A stretch of 64,000 bases of DNA from an uncultured Solirubrobacteraceae bacterium (lineage in GTDB: Bacteria > Actinomycetota > Thermoleophilia > Solirubrobacterales > Solirubrobacteraceae), in contig CAVSJY010000007.1 in assembly GCA_963728465.1 (NCBI GenBank), positions 25,090 to 89,089 of the forward strand, read 5' to 3'. The translations under genes were made by a program, and so were the position numbers. Below the pieces are notes generated by a model. The model did not search any database. It saw only the letters and a list, made by a program, of their open reading frames with translations, and was not told the origin of the DNA. Positions 9,855 through 19,986 of the stretch are shown piece after piece; within the stretch, counting starts at the first letter, position 1, and the number at the start of each line of letters is the position of its first letter.

Positions 9855-12049
9855 TCAGGCCGCGGCCTGGAGCTCGTGGCGGCGGCGGATGCCGTACAGC
9901 GTCGTGCGCTCCGCGGCGGGACGCCCGGCGCGATGGGCGGCGGCGACCAGGTCGTCGGGGTCCAGGCGCACGCCGTGGTAGGAGCCGGCCATCCGCGAGA
10001 TCGACTCCTCCATCAGCGTCCCGCCGAGGTCGTTGACGCCCCAGCGCAGCGCCTCGGTGGCGGCGTCGAGCCCCATCTTCACCCAGCTCGCCTGGAGGTT
10101 CACGATGCTGCGCCCGAGCGCGAGCCGGAAGGCCGCCGTGTGGCGCAGGTTGTCCTCGCGCGAGATCTCCGTGACCCCGTGGGTGCGGCCGAGCAGCGTG
10201 TGGAACGGGATGAAGGAGAGCGGGACGAACTCGGTGAAGCCGCCGGTGCGCTCCTGCACGGCCCGCACCACGCGCATGTGCTCCGCCAGCTCCTCCGGCT
10301 GCTCGATGTGGCCGAACATCACCGTCACGGTCGATCGGATGCCGGCCCGGTGCGACGCCTCGACGATCTCGACCCAGCGCGCGACCGGGAGCTTGTTCGG
10401 GCTGATCCGCTCGCGCACGCCGTCGTCGAGGACCTCGGCGGCGGTGCCCGGCGTGGAGTCCAGCCCGGCTTCGCCGAGCCGCGCGAACACCTCGGCCGGC
10501 GAGAGCCCGCTGACGTCGCACATGTGCGAGATCTCCATCGGGCTGTACGCGTGCAGGTGGATGTGCGGGGCCGTCTCCTTCGCCAGCCGCAGCCAGCCGA
10601 GGTAGTCCTCCAGTCCCCAGTCGGGATGGATCCCGGACTGCATGCAGATCTCCGTCGCGCCGAAGGCGATCGCCTCGTGGACGCGGCGGACGAACTCCTC
10701 GCGGTCGTGCTCGTACGCGTCCGGCGAGCGCTTGGAGACGCCGAACCCGCAGAACGAGCAGCCGACGATGCAGACGTTCGAGACGTTGATGTTGCGGTTG
10801 ACGACGTAGGTGACGGTCTCGCCGGCGAGCTCGGCGCGCAGGGCGTCGGCGGCCTGGCGCATGTCCTCGACGACCTCGGGCCGGGCGTCGGAGAAGAGGG
10901 CGGTGAGCTCCTCGGCGCCGAGCGCCTCGCCGGCGTGGGCGCGCGCGATCGTCTCCGGCGCCAGGTGGCCGCCGCGGCGGCGCGGCACGAACGACGGATG
11001 GTGCGCGCGGATCGCCTCCAGCACGCGCGGCGACTGCCACTCCGCGCTGATGAACCGCGGGTAGACGCACAGCCGCTCGGACAGCGCGACGCCGTCGGCC
11101 GCGAGCCGCTTGCGCACCTGGGCGGGCGAGGGGAACGGGTGCTCGGGCGAGATGTGGTCGCCGTTGGCGCTCAGGCCGCCGAGGTCGGTGGCGCCGGCGG
11201 CGACCAGCTCCGGCCACCAGTCCGCGAGGTTGGGCGGGACCTGGATGCCGACCCCGGGCATCAGCCGCCGCGTCTCCGCGATCAGCCGCTTCATGTCGGC
11301 GATCGTCACCTCGTTCGCCCACGCGGGCCGCTCATGTTCGGGCCCCGCGGTGGTTCGGGGGTGGGGGGCGGGATTCCTATCCCGGTGCGCCAGTAGGCCT
11401 CGGCGGCGTCCGTGGCGATGTCGGCGGGCTCCTCGCCGTAGTAGCGGCGGTGCGGGACGAAGTTCTGGAGGATCACCTCCTGGAGGTGGGAGAAGCCGGC
11501 GAGCGCCTCGAGCGAGGCCATCCGGTCCTCCTCCGACTCGCCGATGCCGACGAGGATGCCGCTGGTGAACGGGATCCTCAGCTCCTCGGCGGCGCGGATC
11601 GTCGCCAGGCGCTGCTCCGGGTGCTTGGTCGGCGAGCCCTGGTGGGCGACGAGGTCCGGGTTGACCGACTCCAGCATGAGGCCCTGCGAGGCGGTCACCT
11701 CGCGCAGACGGGCGAGGTCCTCGCGGCCGAGCACGCCGAGGTTGGTGTGCGGCAGCAGACCGCGCTCGAGCGCTCGCTCGCACGCCCACACGACGTAGCC
11801 CGTGAAGTCCTCGAACCCGAGCGCGTCGAGGCGCTCGCGGACGCCGGGATGGTGGTCGGGCGCCTCGCCCGTGAGCACCAGCAGCTCCTTGGCGCGGTGG
11901 CGGCGGGCGCCGTCGAGGATCCGCTCGACCTCGTCCGGCTCGTGGAGGTGCGGGCGGTGCGTGGCGAACGCGCAGTACTTGCAGTAGCAGCGGCACGTCC
12001 GGGAGAGCGACAGCGTCAGGTTGCGCGAGAAGGTGACGCGGCGGCGCAT
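9855..12049 (-). CDS. fbiC: FO synthase (7,8-didemethyl-8-hydroxy-5-deazariboflavin synthase, CofG-CofH fusion), with an apparent frameshift near 11340
   Basis: The CofG half is ORF 11306..12049, with the radical-SAM motif CRCYCKYCAF. The remainder is in the frame of ORF 9855..12203 (IQVPPNL, second motif CIVGCSFCGF, GGFTEFVPLSF). The junction lies in a run CCCCCCACCCCC. Confidence 0.88.
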
Positions 12050-12069
12050 CGCGCGGCACGATACCGGGG

Positions 12070-13047
12070 GTGCGCCGGCTGCTCGCCCTCGTTCTCATGA
12101 CCCTGGCGGCGGCCGGCTGCGGCGGCTCGTCGGGCGAGGGCAGCGCGGACGAGGGCGCGGTCCTGCTGCTCGACTTCACGCCCAACGCCGTCCACTCCGG
12201 CATCTACGTCGCCCGTGCGCGCGACTACGACCTCGGGGAGGGCGTCGAGCTGCGGATCCGCAAGCCCGGCGCCTCGACCGACGCGCTGAAGCTGCTCCAG
12301 TCCGGCCGCGCCGACTTCGCGATCCTCGACATCCACGACCTCGGGCTGGCGCGCCAGAACGGCGCGGACCTCGTCGGCGTGATGGCGATCGTCCAGCGCC
12401 CGCTGGCCGCCGTGCTCGCGCAGCCGGACGTGAAGCGCCCGCGCGACCTGGAGGGCCGCCGCGCCGGCGTCACCGGCCTGCCGTCGGACGATGCCGTGCT
12501 GCGCTCGGTGGTGGCCGGCGACGGCGGCGATCCCGACCGCGTGCGCGCGACCACGATCGGCTTCCAGGCCGTGCGGGCGATGCTGGCGCGGCGCGTGGAC
12601 GCGGCGACGGCGTTCTGGAACGTCGAGGGCGTGGCGCTGAAGCGGCGGCGGCCCGCCGTCCAGGAGTTCCGCGTCGACGACTTCGGCGCGCCCGCCTACC
12701 CCGAGCTGGTGCTGTGCGTGACGCGCGACACGCTCGAGGACCACCCGCAGCTGATCCGCTCGACGGTCCGCGCGCTCCAGCGCGGCTACGGCGAGGCGCA
12801 GATCGACCCGGAGAGCGCCGTGACCGCCGTCATGGACGCCCAGCGCGGCCTGGACCGCGAGGAGCTGAACGCGCAGATGGACGCCGTCGCCGCCGCGTTC
12901 ACCGCCGGGGCGCAGGTGTTCGGCGAGCTGCGCGAGGACGTCCTGCGCGAGTGGGCGGACTGGGACCTCGAGTTCGGGATCCTCGAGCAGCCGCTCGACG
13001 TCGAGCGCGCCTTCGACACCGGCTTCGTCGGGCCTAGCGAGCGATGA
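12070..13047 (+). CDS. ABC transporter substrate-binding lipoprotein (NMT1/THI5 / SsuA-like)
   Basis: The 325-aa ORF has the lipobox LAAAGC. It resembles NMT1-type periplasmic binding proteins overall. No cognate permease or ATPase lies next to it. Confidence 0.75.
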   Translation: MRRLLALVLMTLAAAGCGGSSGEGSADEGAVLLLDFTPNAVHSGIYVARARDYDLGEGVELRIRKPGASTDALKLLQSGRADFAILDIHDLGLARQNGADLVGVMAIVQRPLAAVLAQPDVKRPRDLEGRRAGVTGLPSDDAVLRSVVAGDGGDPDRVRATTIGFQAVRAMLARRVDAATAFWNVEGVALKRRRPAVQEFRVDDFGAPAYPELVLCVTRDTLEDHPQLIRSTVRALQRGYGEAQIDPESAVTAVMDAQRGLDREELNAQMDAVAAAFTAGAQVFGELREDVLREWADWDLEFGILEQPLDVERAFDTGFVGPSER

Positions 13048-13384
13048 GCCGCTCGACCAGCTGCGCGCCCTCGCGGGCCATCCGCGAGCGGGGCACCACG
13101 AGGTCGAAGCCGGCGGCGTCCGCGCGGCGCTTGGTGTCCGCGTCGACGTGCGAGTAGACGCCGAGCGTGCGGGTGTCGCCCAGCTCGCCCGCGCCGCGCA
13201 GGCGCTCGACGAGCGCGACGCCGTCGAAGCCGCCCGCCGCCAGGTCCACGATCAGCACGGCGGCGGCGTCCGGATGGACGTCCGCGCCGCCGGAGAGCTC
13301 CGCCTCATGGCCGGCCGCGCGCAGCATCCCGAGCACGTTCGAGCCGAGCAGCAGATCGTCGAAGACGGCGACGACGCGGGCCAC
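13034..13384 (-). CDS. stand-alone receiver (CheY-like) domain protein
   Basis: From VARVVAVFDD, with a candidate acceptor Asp in VLIVDL and a later VYSHV segment. There is no output domain. I chose the GTG start at 13384. Confidence 0.55.
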   Translation of the reverse strand: MARVVAVFDDLLLGSNVLGMLRAAGHEAELSGGADVHPDAAAVLIVDLAAGGFDGVALVERLRGAGELGDTRTLGVYSHVDADTKRRADAAGFDLVVPRSRMAREGAQLVERLIAR

Positions 13385-13743
13385 TACTGCGCGCGCATGC
13401 GGCGGAACTCCTGCCGCACGGACTCCGGGCGGCCCCACATCTGCGTCGTCTCGACCCGGCCGGTGCGCCACTCGCGCAGCACCAGCTCGCCCTCGATGCC
13501 CGCCTCGTCGAGCAGCCGCAGCGTGCCGTGGACGGCGGGCGCCGCGGCCGCGTGGCCGAACTGGTGGGCGACGAGGAGCTTCCAGTGCCAGTCGTGGTGC
13601 GAGTACGGCATCGGGTTGCAGGTGACGAGCAGCGTCGCGGCGTCGACGTAGCGGTCCTCCTGCACGCGCAGGTCCAGCTCCAGATCGGTCCAGTCCGACG
13701 GGAGCGAGTCGACGATCTGCTCGAAGGTCTCCATGAGCGCCAT
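13384..13743 (-). CDS. conserved hypothetical protein (119 aa)
   Basis: From MALMETFEQIVDSLPSDW (ATG at 13743). It has normal amino-acid composition and GC-rich third positions. The upstream part of ORF 13384..13935 looks non-coding. Confidence 0.55.
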   Translation of the reverse strand: MALMETFEQIVDSLPSDWTDLELDLRVQEDRYVDAATLLVTCNPMPYSHHDWHWKLLVAHQFGHAAAAPAVHGTLRLLDEAGIEGELVLREWRTGRVETTQMWGRPESVRQEFRRMRAQ

Positions 13744-13767
13744 GATTGGTCGGCAGAGCCTATCCAG

Positions 13768-13992
13768 ATGGCGACGTACGACCCCGACGACCCACTCGCC
13801 CCCGCCCGCGGGCAGAGCCTCGAGGGCCTGCTCGGGCTGCTGGAGCAGCTCGACGGCGCCGAGGAGGCGGCCGTCGTGCGCTCGGCGCTCGACGCGGGCG
13901 TGCCGGCGGAGCGCGTCCTCGACGAGCTCCAGCACGAGGTCGAGCGGCGGCTGATGCGGACCCGGCAGTTCTACGATGAGACGGAGTGGTGA
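13768..13992 (+). CDS. small hypothetical protein (74 aa)
   Basis: MATYDPDDPLAPARGQSLEGLL...RTRQFYDETEW. Third-position GC is strong, and it overlaps the ygfZ start by 7 nt, which suggests coupling. Confidence 0.45.
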   Translation: MATYDPDDPLAPARGQSLEGLLGLLEQLDGAEEAAVVRSALDAGVPAERVLDELQHEVERRLMRTRQFYDETEW

Positions 13993-14951
13993 GCACCGTC
14001 ACCGACACCCTGGCCGCGGACTACCGGACGCTCACGGAGGCGTGCGGGTTGGTCGACCGTGCGGGCCGCGGCCGGCTCGCGCTCACCGGCCCGGACGCGA
14101 AGACGTTCCTCCAGGGGCAGGTCACCCAGGACATCGAGGGCCTGGAGCCCGGCCGCGGGGCCTACGCCGCCTTCCTCACGCACAAGGGCAAGATGCTCGG
14201 CGACCTGCGGGTGCTGGACCTCGGCGACGAGCTGCTGCTGAGCTGCGAGCGGGTCTCGCTCCAGGAGCTGTTCAACATGATCCGGCGCTACAAGCTCGGC
14301 TCCGACGTCGAGCTGCACAAGCGGACGCTGGAGATGGGCGAGCTGTCGCTGATCGGGCCGGACGCGCGGCGGGTCGCCGGCGCGGACGCGCTGGGCGCCG
14401 AGGAGCACGACAACGTCCGCGCGGAGATCGGCGGGCATCCCGTGGTGCTCGTGGCCACCGACGCCGGCGTGGACGTGTTCTGCGCGGCCGAGCGGGTCGA
14501 GGGCGTGCGCGGCGCGCTGGTGGCGGCGGGCGCCGTCGAGGCCGGCGAGGCGGCTGCCGAGGTCGTGCGCGTGGAGCGCGGGCGGCCGCGCTACGGCATC
14601 GACCTCGACGACTCCGTGATCCCGCAGGAGGCCGGGCTCAACGAGCGCGCGGTCTCGTTCACCAAGGGCTGTTACGTCGGCCAGGAGACCGTCGCCCGGC
14701 TGCACTACCGCGGCAAGCCGAACCGGCACCTGCGCGGGCTGCGGCTGAGCGCGCCGGTCGAGCCGGGCACGCCGCTGCTGCTGGGCGAGAAGGAGGTCGG
14801 GCGGGTGCGCAGCTCGGTCGTCTCCCCCGCGAACGGGCCGATCGCGCTGGCGCTCGTGCGCCGCGAGGCCGGCCCGGGCGACACGCTCGCCGCGGGCGAG
14901 GCGACGGCCGAGGTGGCCGAGTTGCCGTTCGGCGGGTACATTCGATCATGA
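13986..14951 (+). CDS. ygfZ: folate-binding Fe-S cluster repair protein YgfZ (GcvT-like)
   Basis: The 321-aa ORF carries the YgfZ signature KGCYVGQE and has a GcvT-like N-terminal region. Confidence 0.85.
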   Translation: MVSTVTDTLAADYRTLTEACGLVDRAGRGRLALTGPDAKTFLQGQVTQDIEGLEPGRGAYAAFLTHKGKMLGDLRVLDLGDELLLSCERVSLQELFNMIRRYKLGSDVELHKRTLEMGELSLIGPDARRVAGADALGAEEHDNVRAEIGGHPVVLVATDAGVDVFCAAERVEGVRGALVAAGAVEAGEAAAEVVRVERGRPRYGIDLDDSVIPQEAGLNERAVSFTKGCYVGQETVARLHYRGKPNRHLRGLRLSAPVEPGTPLLLGEKEVGRVRSSVVSPANGPIALALVRREAGPGDTLAAGEATAEVAELPFGGYIRS

Positions 14952-14976
14952 CCCACCGTTTCCGGAGGAGCCGCAC

Positions 14977-15465
14977 ATGGCCGCTCACGTCCTCGTCGTC
15001 GCCAACGTCACCGCCACCTCGCAGGACCTGATCGACGCGATCAAGGCCCGGGCGGAGCGGAGCCCGATCGACGTGACGCTGCTCGTGCCCGGCCAGGGCC
15101 CGGGGCTGAGCGGTCGCGAGGCCGCCCGCCCGCGGCTGGACGAGGCGCTCGCCGCGTGGCGCGAGGCGGGCATCCGGGCCGAGGGCGTGTGCGGCGACGC
15201 CAACCCGTTCGACGCCGTCGCGGAGTTCTGGGACCCGCGCCACCACGACGAGATCATCGTGTCGACGCTGCCGGGCCAGAGCTCGAAGTGGATCCGCTCC
15301 GACCTCCCGGCCCGCCTCGCCCGCCACACGGGCGCGCCCGTCACCCACGTGGTGGCGATGGACATGCGCCCGGAGCCGCACACCGGCCCGCCGCCGGCGC
15401 ACGAGGCCTCACCGCTCGGGCCCCTCGCCCCCCTCGCCTGGGGCGGCCGCGGAACCGGCAAGTAG
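14977..15465 (+). CDS. hypothetical protein (alpha/beta, USP-like pattern)
   Basis: The 162-aa ORF starts MAAHVLVVANVTATSQDLIDAI. The Pro/Gly-rich tail overlaps the 3' end of the convergent nuclease gene, so one of the two ends is probably wrong. Confidence 0.5.
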   Translation: MAAHVLVVANVTATSQDLIDAIKARAERSPIDVTLLVPGQGPGLSGREAARPRLDEALAAWREAGIRAEGVCGDANPFDAVAEFWDPRHHDEIIVSTLPGQSSKWIRSDLPARLARHTGAPVTHVVAMDMRPEPHTGPPPAHEASPLGPLAPLAWGGRGTGK

Positions 15466-17156
15466 CTCGACCCGCTGCGCCGGCGGTGACGCCGGCGAAG
15501 CGCGCGATGCGGTCGGGAGGCGGCTCGGGGTCGAGCTCCATCACGCGCGCCTCGTCGTGGCCGGCCAGCCAGGCGCCGACGATCCGGGCCTCGTCGAGCT
15601 CGTCCGCGGGCAGCCAGCCGCCGAGGCCGGCGCCCGGGGTGGCGGAGAGCGCCGCGCGCGTGCGCCCGAGCAGCTCGTCGCGCGCCGCCGGGCGGGGACC
15701 CCAATCGACCACGCGGCCGCCGACGATCCAGAACGCGTCCGCGCGGGCGTCGTCGGTCGGGTGCGGGGCGAGCACGAGCCGGGCGCCGGCGTGGGCGGCG
15801 CGGAGCGCGCCGCCGAGGCGCCCGAGCAGCGAGTCCAGCCGCTTGCGGCGGCGCTGGAGCCACGCGGCGCGCTCGTACGCCCGCTCGGCCGAGGCGGCGC
15901 GGATCTTGGCGTCCACATGCGCGAGCAGGGCGCTGCCGCCGTCGGGCTCGGCCACGAACAGCCGCAGCGCCGCGTCGAGCCGCTCGCGATAGAGGTTCGG
16001 ATCCAGGTCGCCGAGGCACGGCGACAGGCAGCGCCCCATCTGCCCGTAGGCCGACGGCCACGGCCGCTTCGGCATCCCCCGCCCGCAGTGGCGCAGCCCG
16101 AACAGGGAGTTGAGCTGCTCGACCAGCTCGGCCGCCGCCGCCCGGCCGCGCACCGGGCCCGACGCAGACGGCGTGGCCGGCGGCCGGCTCGCGCGCGACC
16201 TCCAGGATCGGGTACGGGATGTCGAGCCGGCAGCGCAGGTAGACGTAGCCGTCGGCCTGCTTCTTGAGGTTCACGTTGCCCGGCGGGAGCAGCCGCTTGA
16301 TCAGCCGGTTCTCGAGCACGAGCGCGCCGAGCTCGGACTCGGTCGGCTGGTAGTCGACGTGCTCCGCCTGCCCGGTCCACGCGACCGGCTGGGTGAAGTG
16401 GGCGCGGGCGCGGGTGCGCAGGCAGACCGACTTGCCGACGTACAGCGGGCGGCCGTCGGCGTCGCGGAAGATGTAGACGCCCGGGTCCTTGGGGAGCTTG
16501 GACAGGTCCGGGCGCTGGTCGCGCGGGCGGACGGCGCCCGGGATGCGGCGGCGGCCGGGGCGGCGGGGCTTGAGCACGGCGAGCGCTTCGCCGACGGTCT
16601 CCGCCGCCGCGCACAGCCGCGGCAGCAGCGCGCACAGCACGCGCGCGCACGTCTCCGCGTCCGGCAGCGCGCGGTGGACGGCGCCGACGTCGATCCCGAG
16701 CGCGTCGGCGAGCGAGGCCAGCCCGCGGCGGCGCTGGAGCGGCGCGAACCGGCGCGCGAGCGCCACGGTGCAGATGACCGGCGGGTCCGGCCACGTCAGC
16801 GCCGCCCGGTCGAACGCCTGGCGCAGCACGCGCACGTCGAACTGCGCGTTGTGGGCGACCAGCAGCCGCCCGCGCAGCCGCCTGGAGAGCTCCGGCAGCA
16901 CCTGCTCGGGCGGCGGCGCGACGTCCACCATCGCCTGCGTGATCCCGGTGAACCGCTGGATGCCGCGGCCGAGCGGCGCGCTCACGCCCACCAGCGAGTC
17001 CCAGCGGTCGTGCAGCTCGCCGCCGCCCACCAGCACCGCGCCGACCTCGGTCAGCTCGCAGCGGTCGCGCGGCAGCCCGTTCGTCTCGGTGTCGAGGGCG
17101 AGGAACTCGGCGCCGGCGAGCGGCTGGGAGAGGAGGTCGGAGTCCGGCACGGGCAA
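15341..17156 (-). CDS. DEDD (DnaQ-like) 3'-5' exonuclease fused to a GIY-YIG / UvrC-like nuclease, with an apparent frameshift near 16155 and an uncertain 3' end
   Basis: The N-terminal part is ORF 14985..17156 (LDTETNG, VAHNAQFDVRVL, HRALPDAE, then GIY-YIG: GVYIFRD...PLYVGKS). The continuation is ORF 15341..16153 (ELVEQLNSLFGLRHCG...). This architecture is known from mycobacterial Rv2191-type proteins. Confidence 0.8.
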
Positions 17157-17245
17157 GAGGTCTTACGCCTCGGTCCGGACGGTTTGCAGGGCTTGTTGCG
17201 GGGACCCGGCGCATCGCGGCGAGCACTCGGCTAGATTCCGCGCCC

Positions 17246-17677
17246 GTGCCGATGCTCCGCTCCAGGACGGCGCTTGCGGCCGCGGCGCTCGCCTGCGGCG
17301 TGGTCGGTTGCGGCGGCAGCGACGACGACTACGCGAACCGCCCGCGGCCGGCGACCCCGATCAACGTCACCGCGGCGATCAGCGACAAGAAGGTGTCGGT
17401 CTCGCCCGCGACGTTCGGCGCCGGCCCGATCGTGATGATCGTGTCCAACCAGACGCCGTCGCAGCAGACGGTGACGATCGAGACGGAGGAGCTCGGCGGC
17501 AGCCAGCCCGGCATCCGCCGGTCGGCCCCCGTCGGGCCGAACGGCACCGCGACGCTGAAGGTGGACGTCCGCGAGGGCAGCTACGCGGTGAGCACGCGCG
17601 GGCGCGGGATCACGCCCGCCAACCTCGAGGTCGGCAAGCCGCGCAAGTCGGCCCAGGACGAGCTGCTCCAGCCATGA
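17246..17677 (+). CDS. lipoprotein, beta-sandwich (cupredoxin-like) hypothetical
   Basis: The 143-aa ORF has a signal peptide with the lipobox VVGCGG. Confidence 0.6.
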   Translation: MPMLRSRTALAAAALACGVVGCGGSDDDYANRPRPATPINVTAAISDKKVSVSPATFGAGPIVMIVSNQTPSQQTVTIETEELGGSQPGIRRSAPVGPNGTATLKVDVREGSYAVSTRGRGITPANLEVGKPRKSAQDELLQP

Positions 17678-18277
17678 CCCCGCGCCGCAGCTTCGCGGCG
17701 GCGCTGCTGGGCGGCGTCGCGCTGCTCCTGCCCGCGGCCCCCGCGCCCGCCGAGCAGACGACGACCCAGCGCTTCTTCGCCGAGCGCCTGCTCGAGGACG
17801 ACGGCACGAGCAGCGAGGTCCGCGACATGCTGCGCAGCGGCCACGGCTTCGTCGACCGCCGCGTGCGCTTCCGCGACCTCACGGGCGACGACAAGCGCGA
17901 CGCCGTCGTGCGCGTCCAGTCCGGCGGCGCGGCCGGCACGATCGCGATCTACGTCCTCTCCACGGACACCGGCCGGCGGCGCAGCGACCTCCAGGTCGTC
18001 TTCCGCAGCGCAGGAGCTGCTGATGGCGGAGACCCGGATCCGCGACGGCGTCCTGCGCTACCGCAGCGCCCGCCCGCAGCCCGCCGACGAGCTCTGCTGC
18101 CCCTCGCGCTTCGCCGAGACCCGCCTGCGCTGGCGCGACCGCCGCCACCGCCTCACCGTCGCCGAGCGCCGCGAGGTCGGCAGCGACGAGCCATGGGGCG
18201 ACGAGGCCGTCAGCGCGCGGCGAGCTCGCGCGGGGTCAGCAGCACCTCGCGCTCGGCCCCCTCGCGGACGATCGTGA
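17674..18277 (+). CDS. secreted hypothetical protein, with an apparent frameshift near 18010
   Basis: ATG at 17674 overlaps the preceding stop (ATGA). The signal peptide is MTPRRSFAAALLGGVALLLPAAPAPA. After VVFRS the sensible sequence continues in ORF 18023..18277 (QELLMAETRIRDGVLRY...). The 3' end is uncertain. Confidence 0.5.
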
Positions 18278-19173
18278 GCGTGCACGGGCGGTCGATGCGC
18301 TCGCCGCTCATCAGCCGGTGGAGGTCGTCGACGCCGGCAACCGGCGCGCCGTCGACGGCGAGGATGAGGTCCTCGGGATGGAGGCCGGCGCGGGCCGCGG
18401 GCGAGTCGTGCACGACCTCGACGACCTCGACCGCCCGGTCGCGGCCGAAGCGCGCGCGGACGCGCGGCGGCAGCGGCCGGCCGCCGACCGCGATCCCGAT
18501 CCAGGCGCGCCGGACCCGCCCGTCGCGCATCAGCTCGGAGACCACGCGGCGCGTCGTCTCGTTGATCGGGACCGCGAGCCCGAGGCCGACGCCCGCGACC
18601 GCGGTGTTGATGCCGACCACCCGGCCGCGCCCGTCGACCAGCGCGCCGCCCGAGTTGCCGGGGTTGAGCGCCGCGTCGGTCTGGATCACGTCGTCGATCA
18701 CGCGCTGCGCGCGCCCGTCGCGCACGGGCAGCGAGCGGCCGAGCGCGGACACCACGCCCGCGGTCACGGAGCCCGCGAACCCGTGCGGGTTGCCGATCGC
18801 CACGACGAGCTGGCCGACGCGCAGCGCCGCGGCGTCGCCCATCTCGGCGGGGACCAGCTCCGCGGGCTCGGTCCGCAGCAGCGCCAGGTCGGTCAGCGGG
18901 TCGCGTGCCGATGACCGACGCGCTCAGCTCGCGCCCGTCGGTGAACGACGCCCGCACGCGCGGCCGCCCCGAGCCGACCACGTGCGCCGAGGTCAGCAGG
19001 AAGCCGTCCGGCGTGACGACCACGCCCGAGCCGCTCCCGCCGCGCCCGACGCGCAGGTTCGCGACCGACGGGGCCAGCGTCTCGGCGACGTACGTCACCA
19101 CGCGCGAGTAGGCGTCGAGCGCCTCGGCGTCGGTGGGCTGAGCGCCTGGTCCGGACGGCGCGAGCGGGGTCAC
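18210..19173 (-). CDS. HtrA/DegP-family trypsin-like serine protease with a PDZ domain, with an apparent frameshift near 18900
   Basis: The N-terminal part is in ORF 18058..19173 (catalytic His in LLTSAHVV). The rest is in ORF 18210..18842 (Asp in DLALLR, Ser in GNSGGAL, PDZ around GLHPEDLILAVDG). Confidence 0.85.
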
Positions 19174-19210
19174 TTGCTGAATGATAGTGACCCCGCTCGG
19201 CCGCCGCCCC

Positions 19211-19986
19211 TCAGTTGGCGGTCACGCGCCGGTAGCGCGCCACGGCGAGCGGCGCGAAGATCGCGGTGAGCACGGCGCACCACATGAACGACACCCAGAC
19301 GTCCGTGTTCGCCGGCGTGTCGAGCCACAGCGACCGGATCGCGTCGGAGACCGTCGTGAACGGGTTGGCGTTGGCGAACTGCCGCAGCCCGTCCGGCATC
19401 GACTCGGCCGGCACGAACACCGACGAGGCGAACGTCAGCGGGAACAGCACCGTGAACCCGATCGAGTTGGCGGTCTCCGGCGTCGACGAGTACAGCCCGA
19501 CGAGCGCGAACACCCACGAGAACGCGTACCCCAGGAACAGCAGCAGCACGATCCCCAGGAACACCTCGCCGGCCGTCGCGCCGACGAAGTTGAACCCGGC
19601 GAGGAACCCGACCGCGAACAGCACGCCCAGCGAGAGGCAGTTGAGCGGCACGTCGGACGACGTCCGCCCGAGCAGCACCGCCGCGCGCGACATCGGCAGC
19701 GAGCGGAAGCGGTCGATCAGGCCCTTCTTGACGTCCTCGGAGAGCCCGAGCGCCGTGACGAAGCCGCCGAACGCGATCGACTGGACGATGATGCCGGGCA
19801 TCAGGAAGTCGACGTAGTCGAAGCCCGGCGTCTGGATCGCGCCGCCGAAGACGTAGACGAACAGCAGCACGAACATGACCGGCTGGATCGTGTAGGCGAC
19901 CAGCAGGTCGGGCTGGCGCGGGATCCGCATCAGATTGCGACGCGCCAGCACCAGCGTGTCGGAGACGGTCAGCGCGAGCGAGCTCA
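19211..19986 (-). CDS. ABC-2 type exporter permease (DrrB-like)
   Basis: 258 aa from MSSLALTVSDTLVLARRNL, with six hydrophobic segments. It overlaps the upstream ATPase gene (ATGA). Confidence 0.85.

Noticed and set aside
13034-13384. A two-component system.
   Set aside because: Only a stand-alone receiver-like domain is present. There is no histidine kinase or output domain nearby, and conservation of the acidic pocket is uncertain. It is kept as a low-confidence CDS only.
16489-19269. A 926-aa plus-strand ORF spanning the nuclease, lipoprotein and HtrA region.
   Set aside because: It is a composite. Only the segment 17674..18010 (the secreted protein N-terminus) has protein-like composition. 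The rest is antisense to the exonuclease and HtrA genes.
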